In this document: one piece after another, positions 1 through 9,324 of the stretch | Position numbering within the stretch: the stretch's first letter is position 1 | Layout of the letters: every line of letters begins with the position of its first letter | Assembly: GCA_963748215.1 (NCBI GenBank) | Contig: CAVVHS010000007.1 | Span: 288,001-352,000 of the forward strand | Length of the DNA: 64,000 nt | From: an uncultured Gammaproteobacteria bacterium | GTDB lineage: Bacteria > Pseudomonadota > Gammaproteobacteria > UBA9214 | Direction: 5' to 3' | Position numbers and translations under genes: made by a program | The notes under the pieces: model-generated | Told to the model about the DNA's origin: nothing | What the model saw: the letters and a program-made list of their open reading frames with translations, nothing else | Databases searched by the model: none

Positions 1-1194
1 GTGAATACGTGCTTCACATTCCGAAAAGCGGTTTTCGATTTCGTGCTCGCTGTAACCCAGCATCTCTTTCCAGCGTTTGGAATATTTCACTATGTTAGTA
101 CGGATGTCCCAGTCCCAGACACCTTCGCCAGCACCTTCCAGTGCGTAACGCCAGCGTTCCTCGCTTTCTGCAAGCTCGCTGGTCATATTTTTCGCCTGTC
201 CGAGCGCATATACCAGCATGGTTAACAACAGGCTGATGGCGATACCGGTGATGGCAACGAGTGCCGGCGTGTTGTTGCTGAGTCGTGACTCGAACAGGGA
301 CGACGACTCAATGACTATTGTCCAGGAGCGATTGGCGATTTCGATTTGCCGCGTGTCCCTGAGACGGGTATCTCCCGAATCCGGTTTGGCCGGGTGGGTA
401 TGCGAATCATACAGCCGGTTTTGATCCGAAATTGTTTCCCCGTCATAGATTTCGATATCCAGGTCGTTAGTGCGCTCGTGTCCAAGGCCGGCCATCAGGT
501 CGCCCATGCGAAACACGGCTGTGACCCAGCCGTACAGGCTGGCGCGGCGGTCAGCCACGGTATCGTGCGACAGGCCTCTCTTGTACAAGGGAAGGAACAT
601 GAGAATGCCAGCCTGTACCTGCTCATGTGCTTCCTGTACCAGCGTCAGCTTGCCGGTTACTGCGGCACGACCGGAATCCCGCGCCTTGATCATGGTCTCT
701 CGGCGCATCGTTTCATAAAACGTGTCATACCCCAGGGCTTTTGAATTGCTGTCGCTGAAGGGTTCTATGTAGATAACGGGTGTGTACTGTGGGCGTTCAC
801 CTGCCGGGTGGATGGTATAGCCGGGAAAGCCCTCTCCGCGGATGTCGGCAATATGCTGTGCCTTACGGGCATTTTCCACAAACAGGTTATGGCCCAGACC
901 CTGGATGCCGGGATAGCGCTCATCGAGTAACAGCGAAGACACGTAAGTGTGGAATTCCTTGCGTGTGACTTCATTCGAGCTTAGAAACAGGGCCCGCAGA
1001 CCGTGCAATACCTGATGATAGGCATCCATGCGCGCCTGGATTTGCGTGATGAGTTCCCGGGCCTGGAAATCAAACTCGTTTTGCAATTCCTGATCGGCAT
1101 TGCGCTGCTCATGGTTCCACACGCCGAGAGTCGCCAGCAGCGCGGCGCACAACACCAGTCCGGATATCAGGTGCGGGGAAGGAAAGGCTGGCAT
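1..1194 (-). CDS. Membrane sensor with CHASE domain followed by PAS domain (3' end runs off the window; output domain not visible)
   Basis: Not in ORF track (no stop in window). Partial manual translation from ATG at 1194: MPAFPSPHLISGLVLCAALLATLGVW (TM)...ERYPGIQGLG (CHASE-like)...SEERWRYALEGAGEGVWDWDIRTN...YSKRWKEMLGY (PAS). Confidence 0.85.
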   Translation of the reverse strand, partial: MPAFPSPHLISGLVLCAALLATLGVWNHEQRNADQELQNEFDFQARELITQIQARMDAYHQVLHGLRALFLSSNEVTRKEFHTYVSSLLLDERYPGIQGLGHNLFVENARKAQHIADIRGEGFPGYTIHPAGERPQYTPVIYIEPFSDSNSKALGYDTFYETMRRETMIKARDSGRAAVTGKLTLVQEAHEQVQAGILMFLPLYKRGLSHDTVADRRASLYGWVTAVFRMGDLMAGLGHERTNDLDIEIYDGETISDQNRLYDSHTHPAKPDSGDTRLRDTRQIEIANRSWTIVIESSSLFESRLSNNTPALVAITGIAISLLLTMLVYALGQAKNMTSELAESEERWRYALEGAGEGVWDWDIRTNIVKYSKRWKEMLGYSEHEIENRFSECEARIH

Positions 1195-1380
1195 GGGTCA
1201 GGCGCAGCGCAAAAGCACTGCGACAGACCTCATGCCTGCAGCGGATCGATCACTTGAATGCGGATTCATGGTGGAATTTAAACAGACAATCCGGCTGAAC
1301 AAAAGCCCGGTAGCCGGAGAATGCGAACTGGAGGACAGGCTGCACATAATACATTGTTTTTGCGGTGGAATAAGACGCAC

Positions 1381-1712
1381 CGAGACGTGTGACGTGAGAC
1401 GTGACATGTAGATGTAGGGTGCGTTTTACGCACCGGAACGGTTGAACATCGCGCGATAGATAATGGCCACGGAAGCACAGAGACGTGAAGTGTGAAACGT
1501 GAAATGGCCACGGAATCCACGGAAGAACGCGGAAAAATTAAATGCAGGACGCGTCGAGACGTGAGACGTGAAATGTAGAGGTAGGGTGCGTTTTACGCAC
1601 CGGCAATTGAATAATGGCCACGGAATCCACGGAAGAACGCGGAAAAATGAATGCAGGACGCGCCGAGACGTGAGACGTGAAACGAAGATGTAGGGTGCGT
1701 TTTACGCACCGG
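1381..1712. repeat. Composite repeat array: three GTAG-REPs plus ACGTGAR heptamer and CACGGAA tracts
   Basis: GTAGGGTGCGTTTTACGCACC at 1414, 1581 and 1690; ATGGCCACGGAATCCACGGAAGAACGCGGAA twice, ~110 bp apart. Confidence 0.9.
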
Positions 1713-1850
1713 AAAATTTGCGCACAGCGTGCCCTGCAGTCTATCCCCGACCCTGCGCTCCCCTGGGGAGTAGGGGGCCAATCGGCCGGATGGCCGATCG
1801 ATCCGGCTTTCAGCGTAACCCGAAGTTACCGGCTTCGTCCGGTGGCGTAC

Positions 1851-2251
1851 TTACAGGAACTTTTTCGCCATGCCCGGCAGGCCGCCGGCGTTGTCGAGTA
1901 GTGAACCACCGCGGCTTGACTGGTCGATAATCTGCGGTAACGTGGCTTTCAGGCCATCCAGCAAGGCCCCTTCGTCGGTGTTGAGCCGGGTGGCCATGTC
2001 GGCAACCTTGTCCTTGCCGAGAACTTCCCTGACCTGGTCTGTCGTAATATCCTCGTTCCGGCCATCACCCAGCCAGGACTCGGCGATCGATCCCGGTCCC
2101 TTGCCTTGCATGGCCGCTACAACACCACCGAGGCTGGATTGGCCACCACTATCGCTCACAGTCCATCCAGTGCGGACGCAATCGTCCCCGTATCTGTGCC
2201 GCCACCCAGTTTGCTGGCCAGCAGTTTTGAACCCGGTTGCATCATGTCCAT
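1851..2251 (-). pseudogene. YidB/DUF937-family protein with 1-nt frameshift near 2160
   Basis: AGGAG RBS and ATG at 2251 give MDMMQPGSKLLASKLGG...ALDGL then TGA; the other frame continues with SWLGDGRNEDITTDQVREVLG...LPQIID; span is 401 nt. Confidence 0.75.
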
Positions 2252-2342
2252 GGTGATTCTCCTGATTCGATGGCTCGTTCAGTACCGGGGATGGCCGCGT
2301 TTTCCGGCAGCCTGTCCCCGGCTATTGATGGATTGATCCGGA

Positions 2343-3416
2343 TTACTCCGTGTCCGGCCCCGTGCTCTCGCCGGGCGTTAAAATGGCTTCAACCTTCGTC
2401 TTGGCTTTTTCCAGCAGGCCTGCCTTCTTGTCCGGTTCTGTTACCGGTGCAGGCGTTGAGACAACCGGATCGACCGCTGGCGGCGCCACCACCGGGTGCG
2501 ATAGGGCCGGTTCGACGGCTGTCGTCGCGGCCTCGTCCTCGAGCCTGACGGCGGCCGGCGCGACCACGTCCGGTGCCGCTACCGGTGCCGGTATTGAGAC
2601 GGCGGGTTCGACGGCAGTTGTGACGCCCTCGGTCTCGATCATGACTTCAGCCGGCTTGACCACGGCCGGTGCTGCCACCGCTGCCGGAAGCGATACGTCC
2701 GGTTCGACGGCTGTCGTCGCGGCCTCGTCCTCGATCATGACTTCAGCCGGCTTGACCACGGCCGGTGCTGCCACCGCTGCCGGAAGCGATACGTCCGGTT
2801 CGACAGCTGTCGTCGCGGCCTCGTCCTCGATCATGACGGCGGCCGGCTTGACCACGGCCGGTGCTGTTACCGCCGCCGGAAGCGTTACGTCCGGCTCGGC
2901 GGCTGTCGTCGCGTCCTCGTCCTCGTCCTCGATCATGACTTCAGCAGGCTCGACCACGGCCGGTGCTGACACTGGCGCGGTGGGTGGTGTCGGAGTTGCA
3001 GCAGCGGGCATGGCTGGTGGTGTGGGCATGCCCCGGACGGGTTCGCCCGGTGTTGCCGTTAACGCGGCCGGAGGCGCTTCGGCACTGCTGTCGTACGCCG
3101 GTGGAGGACTATCCTGGCCGGAGTAAGCCGGAGCATAGCCCGGGGGTCCATAACCGGGGCGGGCGTTCCAGTCGCGATTCGGATAGCCACGGTGTTCGTA
3201 TTGCGGATACCCGTAACCCGGTTGGCGGTAGCCTGGCGGGTAGGGTGCCTGCGGGTTGCCGGGCGGTGTGCCGTGGTACTGCGGTGCCGGCTGTGCGGGC
3301 AGGTTGTTGGGAATTTCTTCATCAGGTGTTGCTGCCCAGCCTGTAACAGGCTGCAGTGCAATGCACACGCAGGCGCAGACTGCCGCGTTGTATTTCGATC
3401 GGGGTAACTGTCGCAT
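2343..3416 (-). CDS. Secreted Pro/Ala/Glu-rich low-complexity protein with 32-aa tandem repeats
   Basis: Signal-like N-terminus (VTGWA), PGY-rich segment, then ~5 copies of PAVVKPAEVMIEDEAATTAVEPDVSLPAAVAA. Confidence 0.75.
   Translation of the reverse strand: MRQLPRSKYNAAVCACVCIALQPVTGWAATPDEEIPNNLPAQPAPQYHGTPPGNPQAPYPPGYRQPGYGYPQYEHRGYPNRDWNARPGYGPPGYAPAYSGQDSPPPAYDSSAEAPPAALTATPGEPVRGMPTPPAMPAAATPTPPTAPVSAPAVVEPAEVMIEDEDEDATTAAEPDVTLPAAVTAPAVVKPAAVMIEDEAATTAVEPDVSLPAAVAAPAVVKPAEVMIEDEAATTAVEPDVSLPAAVAAPAVVKPAEVMIETEGVTTAVEPAVSIPAPVAAPDVVAPAAVRLEDEAATTAVEPALSHPVVAPPAVDPVVSTPAPVTEPDKKAGLLEKAKTKVEAILTPGESTGPDTE
2490..2966. repeat. ~96-bp coding tandem repeat (~5 copies)
   Basis: ctcgatcatgacttcagccggcttgaccacggccggtgctgccaccgctgccggaagcgatacgtccggttcgac recurs with a 96-nt period; outer copies diverged. 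Confidence 0.9.
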
Positions 3417-3860
3417 AACTGTGTCCTCATAAACTGCGGGTCGGGATTGCCCGGGTGCCTGAATGTGCGGTCAGCGCGTGCTGCCCTGTGCAGGACAGCG
3501 TACTGGCTGGTTTCAGGCGGCGTGTTGACGTGCTGTCCTGAATGATAGGCGTGAATGGCTGCAGTGCAAACCGGTGTTTGTGAATCTTTGTGCCTTTGCC
3601 ATGCAGACGACGGGTGAATGCCCGGAAACGACGCCCGCGAACGGACCCTGTGACGGCGATGACAAGCGGCGGAAGATACCTGGTATCAACCTGAATCAGG
3701 ACATGCCATCAGCCGCGTAACACTTGTTCACAATGCTGTAACCATGTTTGACACAAACTGCCTGTTGCCAGCTTGTGTTCGCACTACCCGTAACGAACAA
3801 TGCAGCCATCTGAGATGCCAATCGTGGCTGTACAGTGTAACCCGTAACAGGAGGGTAAAA

Positions 3861-4952
3861 ATGTCTGCATTAAAAACACAACGAATGATACTGCCAGCTC
3901 TTATTGCAAGTCTGACACTTGGTGGCTGCGCCAGCATGAAAGGCGGTGCTGTCGATCAGGTGACTCTTGCACAGAAAGACAGGGAGATTGCAGAGCTGAA
4001 CTCGCAGGTAAACGAGATGAAAAGCACCCTGACTGCCGAGCAAAAGGCACGTCTGGCACTTGAGTCATCCGGTACCGCAACCACCGAGTTGTTACCGCCG
4101 AATGCAAAGCCGGGTGAATGCTATGCGCGGGCTTTTGTGCCGCCTGTCTACAAGACAGACAGCGTCCGGGTCATGAAGTCAGAGGCGTCGGAGCGGATCG
4201 ATGTCATTCCCGAGAAATACGAATGGGCAAACGAGCAGGTACTGGTCCGGGAAGCATCCGAGCGGCTCGAAGTCGTACCCGCAACCTATGAAATGGTCAC
4301 CGAGAAAATAATGGTCAAGCCGGAAAGCACGAAGATTGTTGCTGTACCCGCACAATACAGGATGGAATCCGAAAGCGTACTCGACAAGCCGGAACATACT
4401 ATATGGAAAAAGGGCAGCGGCCCGATTACGAAGATCGATGACGCGACCGGCGAAATCATGTGTCTGGTTACCGTGCCCGCCTCCTACAGGACGGTAAGCA
4501 AGCGGCTTCTGGCTACTCCTGCCAGCACGCAGGAAATCAAGTTGCCGGCAGAGTACAAGACGGTCTCGAAACGGGTTATGAAAACCCCGCCGACCACGCG
4601 CAAGGTGGTGATACCGGCCGAGTACAAGACGGTGCGCGTACGCAAGCTCGTCGAGCCGGCGAAGACAGCCGCCACGCCCATCCCGGCCAGTTACGAGATG
4701 GTCAGCAAGCGTGAGCTGGTCAGGGATGGTCATATGGAGTGGCGGCCTGTGCTGTGCAGGACCAACATGACGCCGGCCGTCGTGCAACGCATACAAACGG
4801 CCCTGAAACAGGCGGGTCATAACCCGGGCCGGATAGACGGTGTCATCGGCGGCGGGACCATGGCGGCGGTCAAGAGCTATCAGCGGGCGAAGGGCCTGGC
4901 TACCGGTGGTCTCACCCTGCAGACGCTTGAATCGCTGGGCGTAAAGATCTAG
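3861..4952 (+). CDS. Lipoprotein with VPA-x-Y repeats and C-terminal peptidoglycan-binding domain
   Basis: GGAGG RBS; LGGC lipobox; repeated (V/I)PA.Y.TV; C-terminal IQTALKQAGHNPGRIDGVIGGGTMAAVKSYQ (PG_binding_1-like). Confidence 0.85.
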   Translation: MSALKTQRMILPALIASLTLGGCASMKGGAVDQVTLAQKDREIAELNSQVNEMKSTLTAEQKARLALESSGTATTELLPPNAKPGECYARAFVPPVYKTDSVRVMKSEASERIDVIPEKYEWANEQVLVREASERLEVVPATYEMVTEKIMVKPESTKIVAVPAQYRMESESVLDKPEHTIWKKGSGPITKIDDATGEIMCLVTVPASYRTVSKRLLATPASTQEIKLPAEYKTVSKRVMKTPPTTRKVVIPAEYKTVRVRKLVEPAKTAATPIPASYEMVSKRELVRDGHMEWRPVLCRTNMTPAVVQRIQTALKQAGHNPGRIDGVIGGGTMAAVKSYQRAKGLATGGLTLQTLESLGVKI

Positions 4953-4965
4953 TTCGCCTGACGAT

Positions 4966-4989
4966 ACCCGGGCCTTCACGGGCCCGGGT
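4966..4989. terminator. GC-rich hairpin after the lipoprotein gene
   Basis: acccgggcc-ttcacg-ggcccgggt inverted repeat; weak U-tract. Confidence 0.45.
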
Positions 4990-5030
4990 CTTGACACGGC
5001 TGCGTGTTATTTCAATCGAGAGGAAACGAA

Positions 5031-5471
5031 ATGCTACAGGAATTCAAGAAATTCGCCATGCGCGGCAATGTGGTCGACATGGCGGTCGGTATCATAATCG
5101 GTGCGGCATTCGGCAAGATCGTCAGCTCCCTGGTTAAAGATGTCATCATGCCGCCGATCGGCAAACTGATGGGCAATGTCGATTTCAGCAGTCTGTTTGT
5201 CAATCTGGGCGATATTCCCTACCAGACGCTGGCGGCTGCGCAGGAGGCCGGTGCACCCACCATCAACTACGGCACCTTTATCAATACGGTACTCGACTTC
5301 CTGATTGTTGCCTTCGCGATCTTCATGGTCATCAAGGGAATGAATTCCATGAAGAAGGCCGAGGAGGCACCTGCCGAGCCGACCACGAAAGAGTGTCCGG
5401 AATGCCTGTCCGAGATTCCGATTGCAGCCAGGCGCTGCAAGTTCTGTGCTTCCGAAGTCGTATCCGGCTAG
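5031..5471 (+). CDS. mscL: Large-conductance mechanosensitive channel with C-terminal CxxC/CxxC extension
   Basis: [44 protein letters not shown] signature; tail CPEC...CKFC. Confidence 0.95.
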   Translation: MLQEFKKFAMRGNVVDMAVGIIIGAAFGKIVSSLVKDVIMPPIGKLMGNVDFSSLFVNLGDIPYQTLAAAQEAGAPTINYGTFINTVLDFLIVAFAIFMVIKGMNSMKKAEEAPAEPTTKECPECLSEIPIAARRCKFCASEVVSG

Positions 5472-5503
5472 TTTCACGTTTTCCGAAGAGCGGGAGGTAA
5501 GTA

Positions 5504-5911
5504 ATGGCGCGAGGAATACATACCATCGAAGGCATTGGAGCTCACTACGCCGGACTGCTCGGTACTGCGGGGATAACCACGACAGATCATCTGCTGCGGG
5601 CCGGCGCAACCGGCAAGGGACGGGCAGAACTGGCCCTCAAAACAGGTATCAGCAGCAAGCTGATCCTCAAGTGGGTGAACATGTGTGATCTGTTTCGTGT
5701 GCGCGGTGTGGCGACCCAGTATGCGGAATTGCTGGAGGCGGCCGGCGTGGACACTGTCAAGGAGTTGCGGAACCGTAACTCCGAGAACCTGGCACAGGCA
5801 TTGAGCGCGGTAAACATCGAGAAACGCCTGGTTCGTCAGGTGCCGAACAGTAAGCGGGTTGGCGGCTGGATTGAACATGCAAAGACCCTGCAGCCAATGG
5901 TGAGCTACTGA
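5504..5911 (+). CDS. DUF4332-family helix-hairpin-helix protein
   Basis: IEGIG...WVNMCDLFRVRGVATQYAELLEAAGVDTVKELRNRN. Confidence 0.85.
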   Translation: MARGIHTIEGIGAHYAGLLGTAGITTTDHLLRAGATGKGRAELALKTGISSKLILKWVNMCDLFRVRGVATQYAELLEAAGVDTVKELRNRNSENLAQALSAVNIEKRLVRQVPNSKRVGGWIEHAKTLQPMVSY

Positions 5912-5940
5912 GCTGTGAAGCACCCCAACAGGAGAATCGA

Positions 5941-6618
5941 ATGAAAAATACAGTCTGGTTATTGGCCGGCGCCGCGTTTGTTCTCGGCGGTTGTGGCGAC
6001 AGGGAACCGGCAGTGACCGGGATTCAGGCGGACCAGTCAGTGCAGGCAGCGGTGGCGGACGTGGTCAGCGATGACGTCGTTACACCACAGGTACAGACTG
6101 CCGGTCAGGGCGGGCATGCTGATTTGGTGCCTGTGCTACCTGCCGACACGTCTGCCAGTACGGCGGGGGAGAGCGTGGAATCGGCAGCCGATACGCCTGA
6201 TTCCGCCAGTGAACAGATGGACGAGCAACTTGTGCTAGTGGTGGGCGCGGCCGGTGCGGCCGGTGCCATGCTTGCAGATGCAGCCCCGGAATCAATGCCG
6301 GAGATTGTCGATGCTGATGCGACGGGCATGACCGCTGCTGGGGAAGCGCCGGCGGATGTCGAACTGGCGCTGGGCGAGAAAATATACGGTGCAAACTGTA
6401 TCGCCTGTCATGGCACCGGTGCGGCCGGTGCACCGAAGCTGGGTGATGCAGCGAACTGGGCACCACGGATTGCGCAAGGTATGACGTTGATGACGGCGAA
6501 TGCCCTGAATGGTTATCAGGGCTCGAACGGTTACATGCCGGCAAAGGGCGGCTTTAGCGCGCTGTCGGATGCCGAGGTAACGGCGGCCGTTGCCTATATG
6601 GCAAGTGAAAGTCGCTGA
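5941..6618 (+). CDS. Cytochrome c5-like lipoprotein
   Basis: LGGC lipobox, acidic linker, CIACH heme motif, GAPKLGD..NWAPRIAQG, MPAKGG. Confidence 0.9.
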   Translation: MKNTVWLLAGAAFVLGGCGDREPAVTGIQADQSVQAAVADVVSDDVVTPQVQTAGQGGHADLVPVLPADTSASTAGESVESAADTPDSASEQMDEQLVLVVGAAGAAGAMLADAAPESMPEIVDADATGMTAAGEAPADVELALGEKIYGANCIACHGTGAAGAPKLGDAANWAPRIAQGMTLMTANALNGYQGSNGYMPAKGGFSALSDAEVTAAVAYMASESR

Positions 6619-6705
6619 CGGGAGGCGCTATTAGGCTGCCGGCAGGGATGCCGGTATGGTTTCCGGGCATACTGACTGGCAAGGATGCCGGTTGGACTCG
6701 GTTTT

Positions 6706-9324
6706 TTATTGCGCCGGCAGTACCAGGCAAAAGCGCGAACCCTGGTATTCGGTGCTCTCCACCTCGACCCGGCCACTGTGAGCCCTGGCCACGGCCTGAA
6801 CGAAGGCCAGGCCCAGGCCTGCACCCGCCTGTACCGGGCGGTTTCTTCTATGCACGCGTTGAAAGCGATCAAACAGGCGCGGCAGTTCGCTGGCCGGTAT
6901 GCCTTCCCCCTCGTCGATGATGCAGCAGTGCCATTCGTCCGTGTGCCGGGAGAGTTCAAGCCGGACAGTGCTGTCCGCTTCGCTGAACTTGATGGCATTG
7001 CCCAGCAGGTTTACCAGGGCGCGCTCAAGCAGGCTGCCTTCGCCATGAATCCATGCGTCTTCCGGCGTGATGTCGCTGACGAGCTGAACGCGCTTCATCC
7101 GGGCGTGTTCCCAGACCTGTTCCAGCGCATTCGTGGCGACTGCAGCAAGATCGACCTCGCGGAGCTGTAACTGGCTGCTGCTTTCCACGCGCGCCAGTTG
7201 CAGAAACTGCTCGGCCAGATCAAGTGTTTTTCCGGCGTGGCTTTCCATGCGCGACAGCAGGTCCTGAATGTCGTCGCTGGTATTCCTGTTCCTGGCAAGC
7301 TCCAGCAATGCCAGTACGGAGACGAGTGGCGATCGCAGGTCGTGTGAAAGAAAGTTGAGCAGTTCGTTGCGTTTGTTTTCGCTGGCCTTGAGTGGGCTGA
7401 TGTCGGAGAAGTTCAGTATGAGCCCGACGGGCTGCAGCGTTTCCCGGGACAGGGGGGCGATTTGCGCCAGCAGCTGGCGACCGTGGTGGTGCCGTACTTC
7501 GACCTGGATCCGTGATTTCTCCAGCAGCGAGTGGCGGAGCAATTCATCCCAGTTTCTGGAATCCTGTATTTGCAGGTCCTTGAGCACTTTCATGATCGAC
7601 TGCCCGACCAGCACGGCGTGATCGCTGCCGCGCAGATACCAGCCGGCGCGGTTATTGGATAGCATTATCTGTCCCAGTGCATTGGTAACCAGTACGCCGT
7701 CAGCCATGTTCGACAGGCTGTCATCGACAAGCCGGCGTAACTCGCGCAACTGCGCGGTAGCCTGCTGCACCTGCTGTATACGTGCCTGAACCACCTCGTG
7801 CGGTCCCCCGGCAACCGGCTCACCCGTTGTCGAAAACTGCTGCTGCAACTGGTCAAGTATTGCCAGTTGCTGCGGGTCGGGCGGCGTAGCTGACTGCCAC
7901 TGCAGCCCCAGGAGCTTTTCCCGGCCTTGATCATCGAGTGTCGTCCACAGGTCGTTGTCGCTGCGAATCCACCGGCTTGGAGGTGTGCCGGCTGGCGGTG
8001 ACTGCGGTGCCTCGCCGTACCGGCTTTCAATGCGGCCATTCCGGTCAACCACGCTCCAGCCTTGCACAGGCAGAATATGTTGCAGGAAATCAAGACTCTG
8101 CTCGAGAGAGTGTCTGGCATGGACGTCCGCCGGCACCTGCTGTTCCTTGAGCCGGTCCAGCTCCTGGCTGAGATAGCGCATCGCCTGCTCCAGCCTGCGC
8201 CAGCTCCAGAGCGGGTAGCTCAGGGCGATCGCCAGCAGGGCCGCGGTGGGTGGATACCAGGTATGCAGTGTGATCAGCAGTGTGCCGGTGACAGCGAGTG
8301 TTGCCAGGAGCAGGCTGACTGTGACCAGCAGGTTGGTGCGGGGTGCCAGGTAGGGAAACAGCAGCATGGGCATCAGTGCCAGCAGGCCCGTCAATGCAAG
8401 TTGCCAGCCCTTGGCAAGCGGGGTGATATAGATACCCTTGAGCAAGGCATCCAGTACGTTGGCGTTGATTTCGACACCGCTCATCGAGTGGCTGAAGCCG
8501 GAGACCGGCGTGGGCAATGCATCGCCCAGCCCGGTGGCTGTTGCGCCGATCAGCACGTATTTTCCGCTGAATGTGCCGGGTGTGTAATTCCCCTGCATGA
8601 CACGGGCAAAGGATATATGCTTGAAATGACCGGGCGGGCCGGCAAACGGTATCAGCAGGGGTTGGGCGCGTGCCCACACCATCATCGACTCCGGGTTTGC
8701 GGTGGCTCCGCCTTGCGCATCTTCCTCAGCCGCAGGCAACGCGCCGGCAATTTGCAGCATGGCCATGCCCAGGTGCGGCCAGTGGGGATGGCCGAGCCCT
8801 TCCCGCAGGAACAGTCTGCGTGCAATGCCGTCAGGGTCCAGTTCGACATGAACATGTCCGAGTGCGGCGGCTTGTTCGCCCAGTAGCGGGAAGGGCAGGA
8901 TTTCGACGGGTAAAGCCCCGAGGCGTGGTTGCTCCATGATTACCGGGAGCGCAACCCGTCCACTGGCACGGATTTCGTTCGCAAACCGGGTATCACCCTC
9001 CGGATTGTCCAGGTCGGGTTCGGCAAAGATAACATCGTAGGCAATCGCACGCGGATGTTCTTCCGAAATCTTCTTCAGCAGATGGGCGTGTACCTGTCGT
9101 GACCACGGCCAGCGACCGAACTGTGACAGGCTGTCCTCGTCAATGGCGATAATGATGATGTTGTCCGGTGCCGGGCGCGACCAGAAGCGGAGCTGTGAAT
9201 CGTAGATAGTATGGTCCCAGCGCCACAGCCAGCCTTGCTGCTGACATAGCAGGGCGAGACCCATCAGCAGCAATGCAAGGGTGATGTATTCGGGCAGCGC
9301 GCGGTTGCGTGTCCTGCCTGGCAT
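6706..9324 (-). CDS. CHASE2-domain sensor histidine kinase with PAS
   Basis: IAIDEDSLSQFGRWPWSR (CHASE2), TM helices, LSHDLRSPL H-box, NLLGNAIKFS, DEGEGI, GAGLGLA. Confidence 0.95.
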   Translation of the reverse strand: MPGRTRNRALPEYITLALLLMGLALLCQQQGWLWRWDHTIYDSQLRFWSRPAPDNIIIIAIDEDSLSQFGRWPWSRQVHAHLLKKISEEHPRAIAYDVIFAEPDLDNPEGDTRFANEIRASGRVALPVIMEQPRLGALPVEILPFPLLGEQAAALGHVHVELDPDGIARRLFLREGLGHPHWPHLGMAMLQIAGALPAAEEDAQGGATANPESMMVWARAQPLLIPFAGPPGHFKHISFARVMQGNYTPGTFSGKYVLIGATATGLGDALPTPVSGFSHSMSGVEINANVLDALLKGIYITPLAKGWQLALTGLLALMPMLLFPYLAPRTNLLVTVSLLLATLAVTGTLLITLHTWYPPTAALLAIALSYPLWSWRRLEQAMRYLSQELDRLKEQQVPADVHARHSLEQSLDFLQHILPVQGWSVVDRNGRIESRYGEAPQSPPAGTPPSRWIRSDNDLWTTLDDQGREKLLGLQWQSATPPDPQQLAILDQLQQQFSTTGEPVAGGPHEVVQARIQQVQQATAQLRELRRLVDDSLSNMADGVLVTNALGQIMLSNNRAGWYLRGSDHAVLVGQSIMKVLKDLQIQDSRNWDELLRHSLLEKSRIQVEVRHHHGRQLLAQIAPLSRETLQPVGLILNFSDISPLKASENKRNELLNFLSHDLRSPLVSVLALLELARNRNTSDDIQDLLSRMESHAGKTLDLAEQFLQLARVESSSQLQLREVDLAAVATNALEQVWEHARMKRVQLVSDITPEDAWIHGEGSLLERALVNLLGNAIKFSEADSTVRLELSRHTDEWHCCIIDEGEGIPASELPRLFDRFQRVHRRNRPVQAGAGLGLAFVQAVARAHSGRVEVESTEYQGSRFCLVLPAQ

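Noticed and set aside
1198-1781. Short ORFs across the repeat arrays (also at 16.6-17.0 and 44.9-45.4 kb)
   Set aside because: Translations such as VRKTHPT and FTFHVS are artefacts of the non-coding repeats.
2350-3126. Ser/Thr/Ala-rich plus-strand ORF
   Set aside because: Antisense of the repeat protein; the minus ORF has an RBS and a signal-like N-terminus.
4991-5016. Sigma70 promoter for mscL
   Set aside because: TTGACA is present but there is no acceptable -10 at 16-18 bp spacing.
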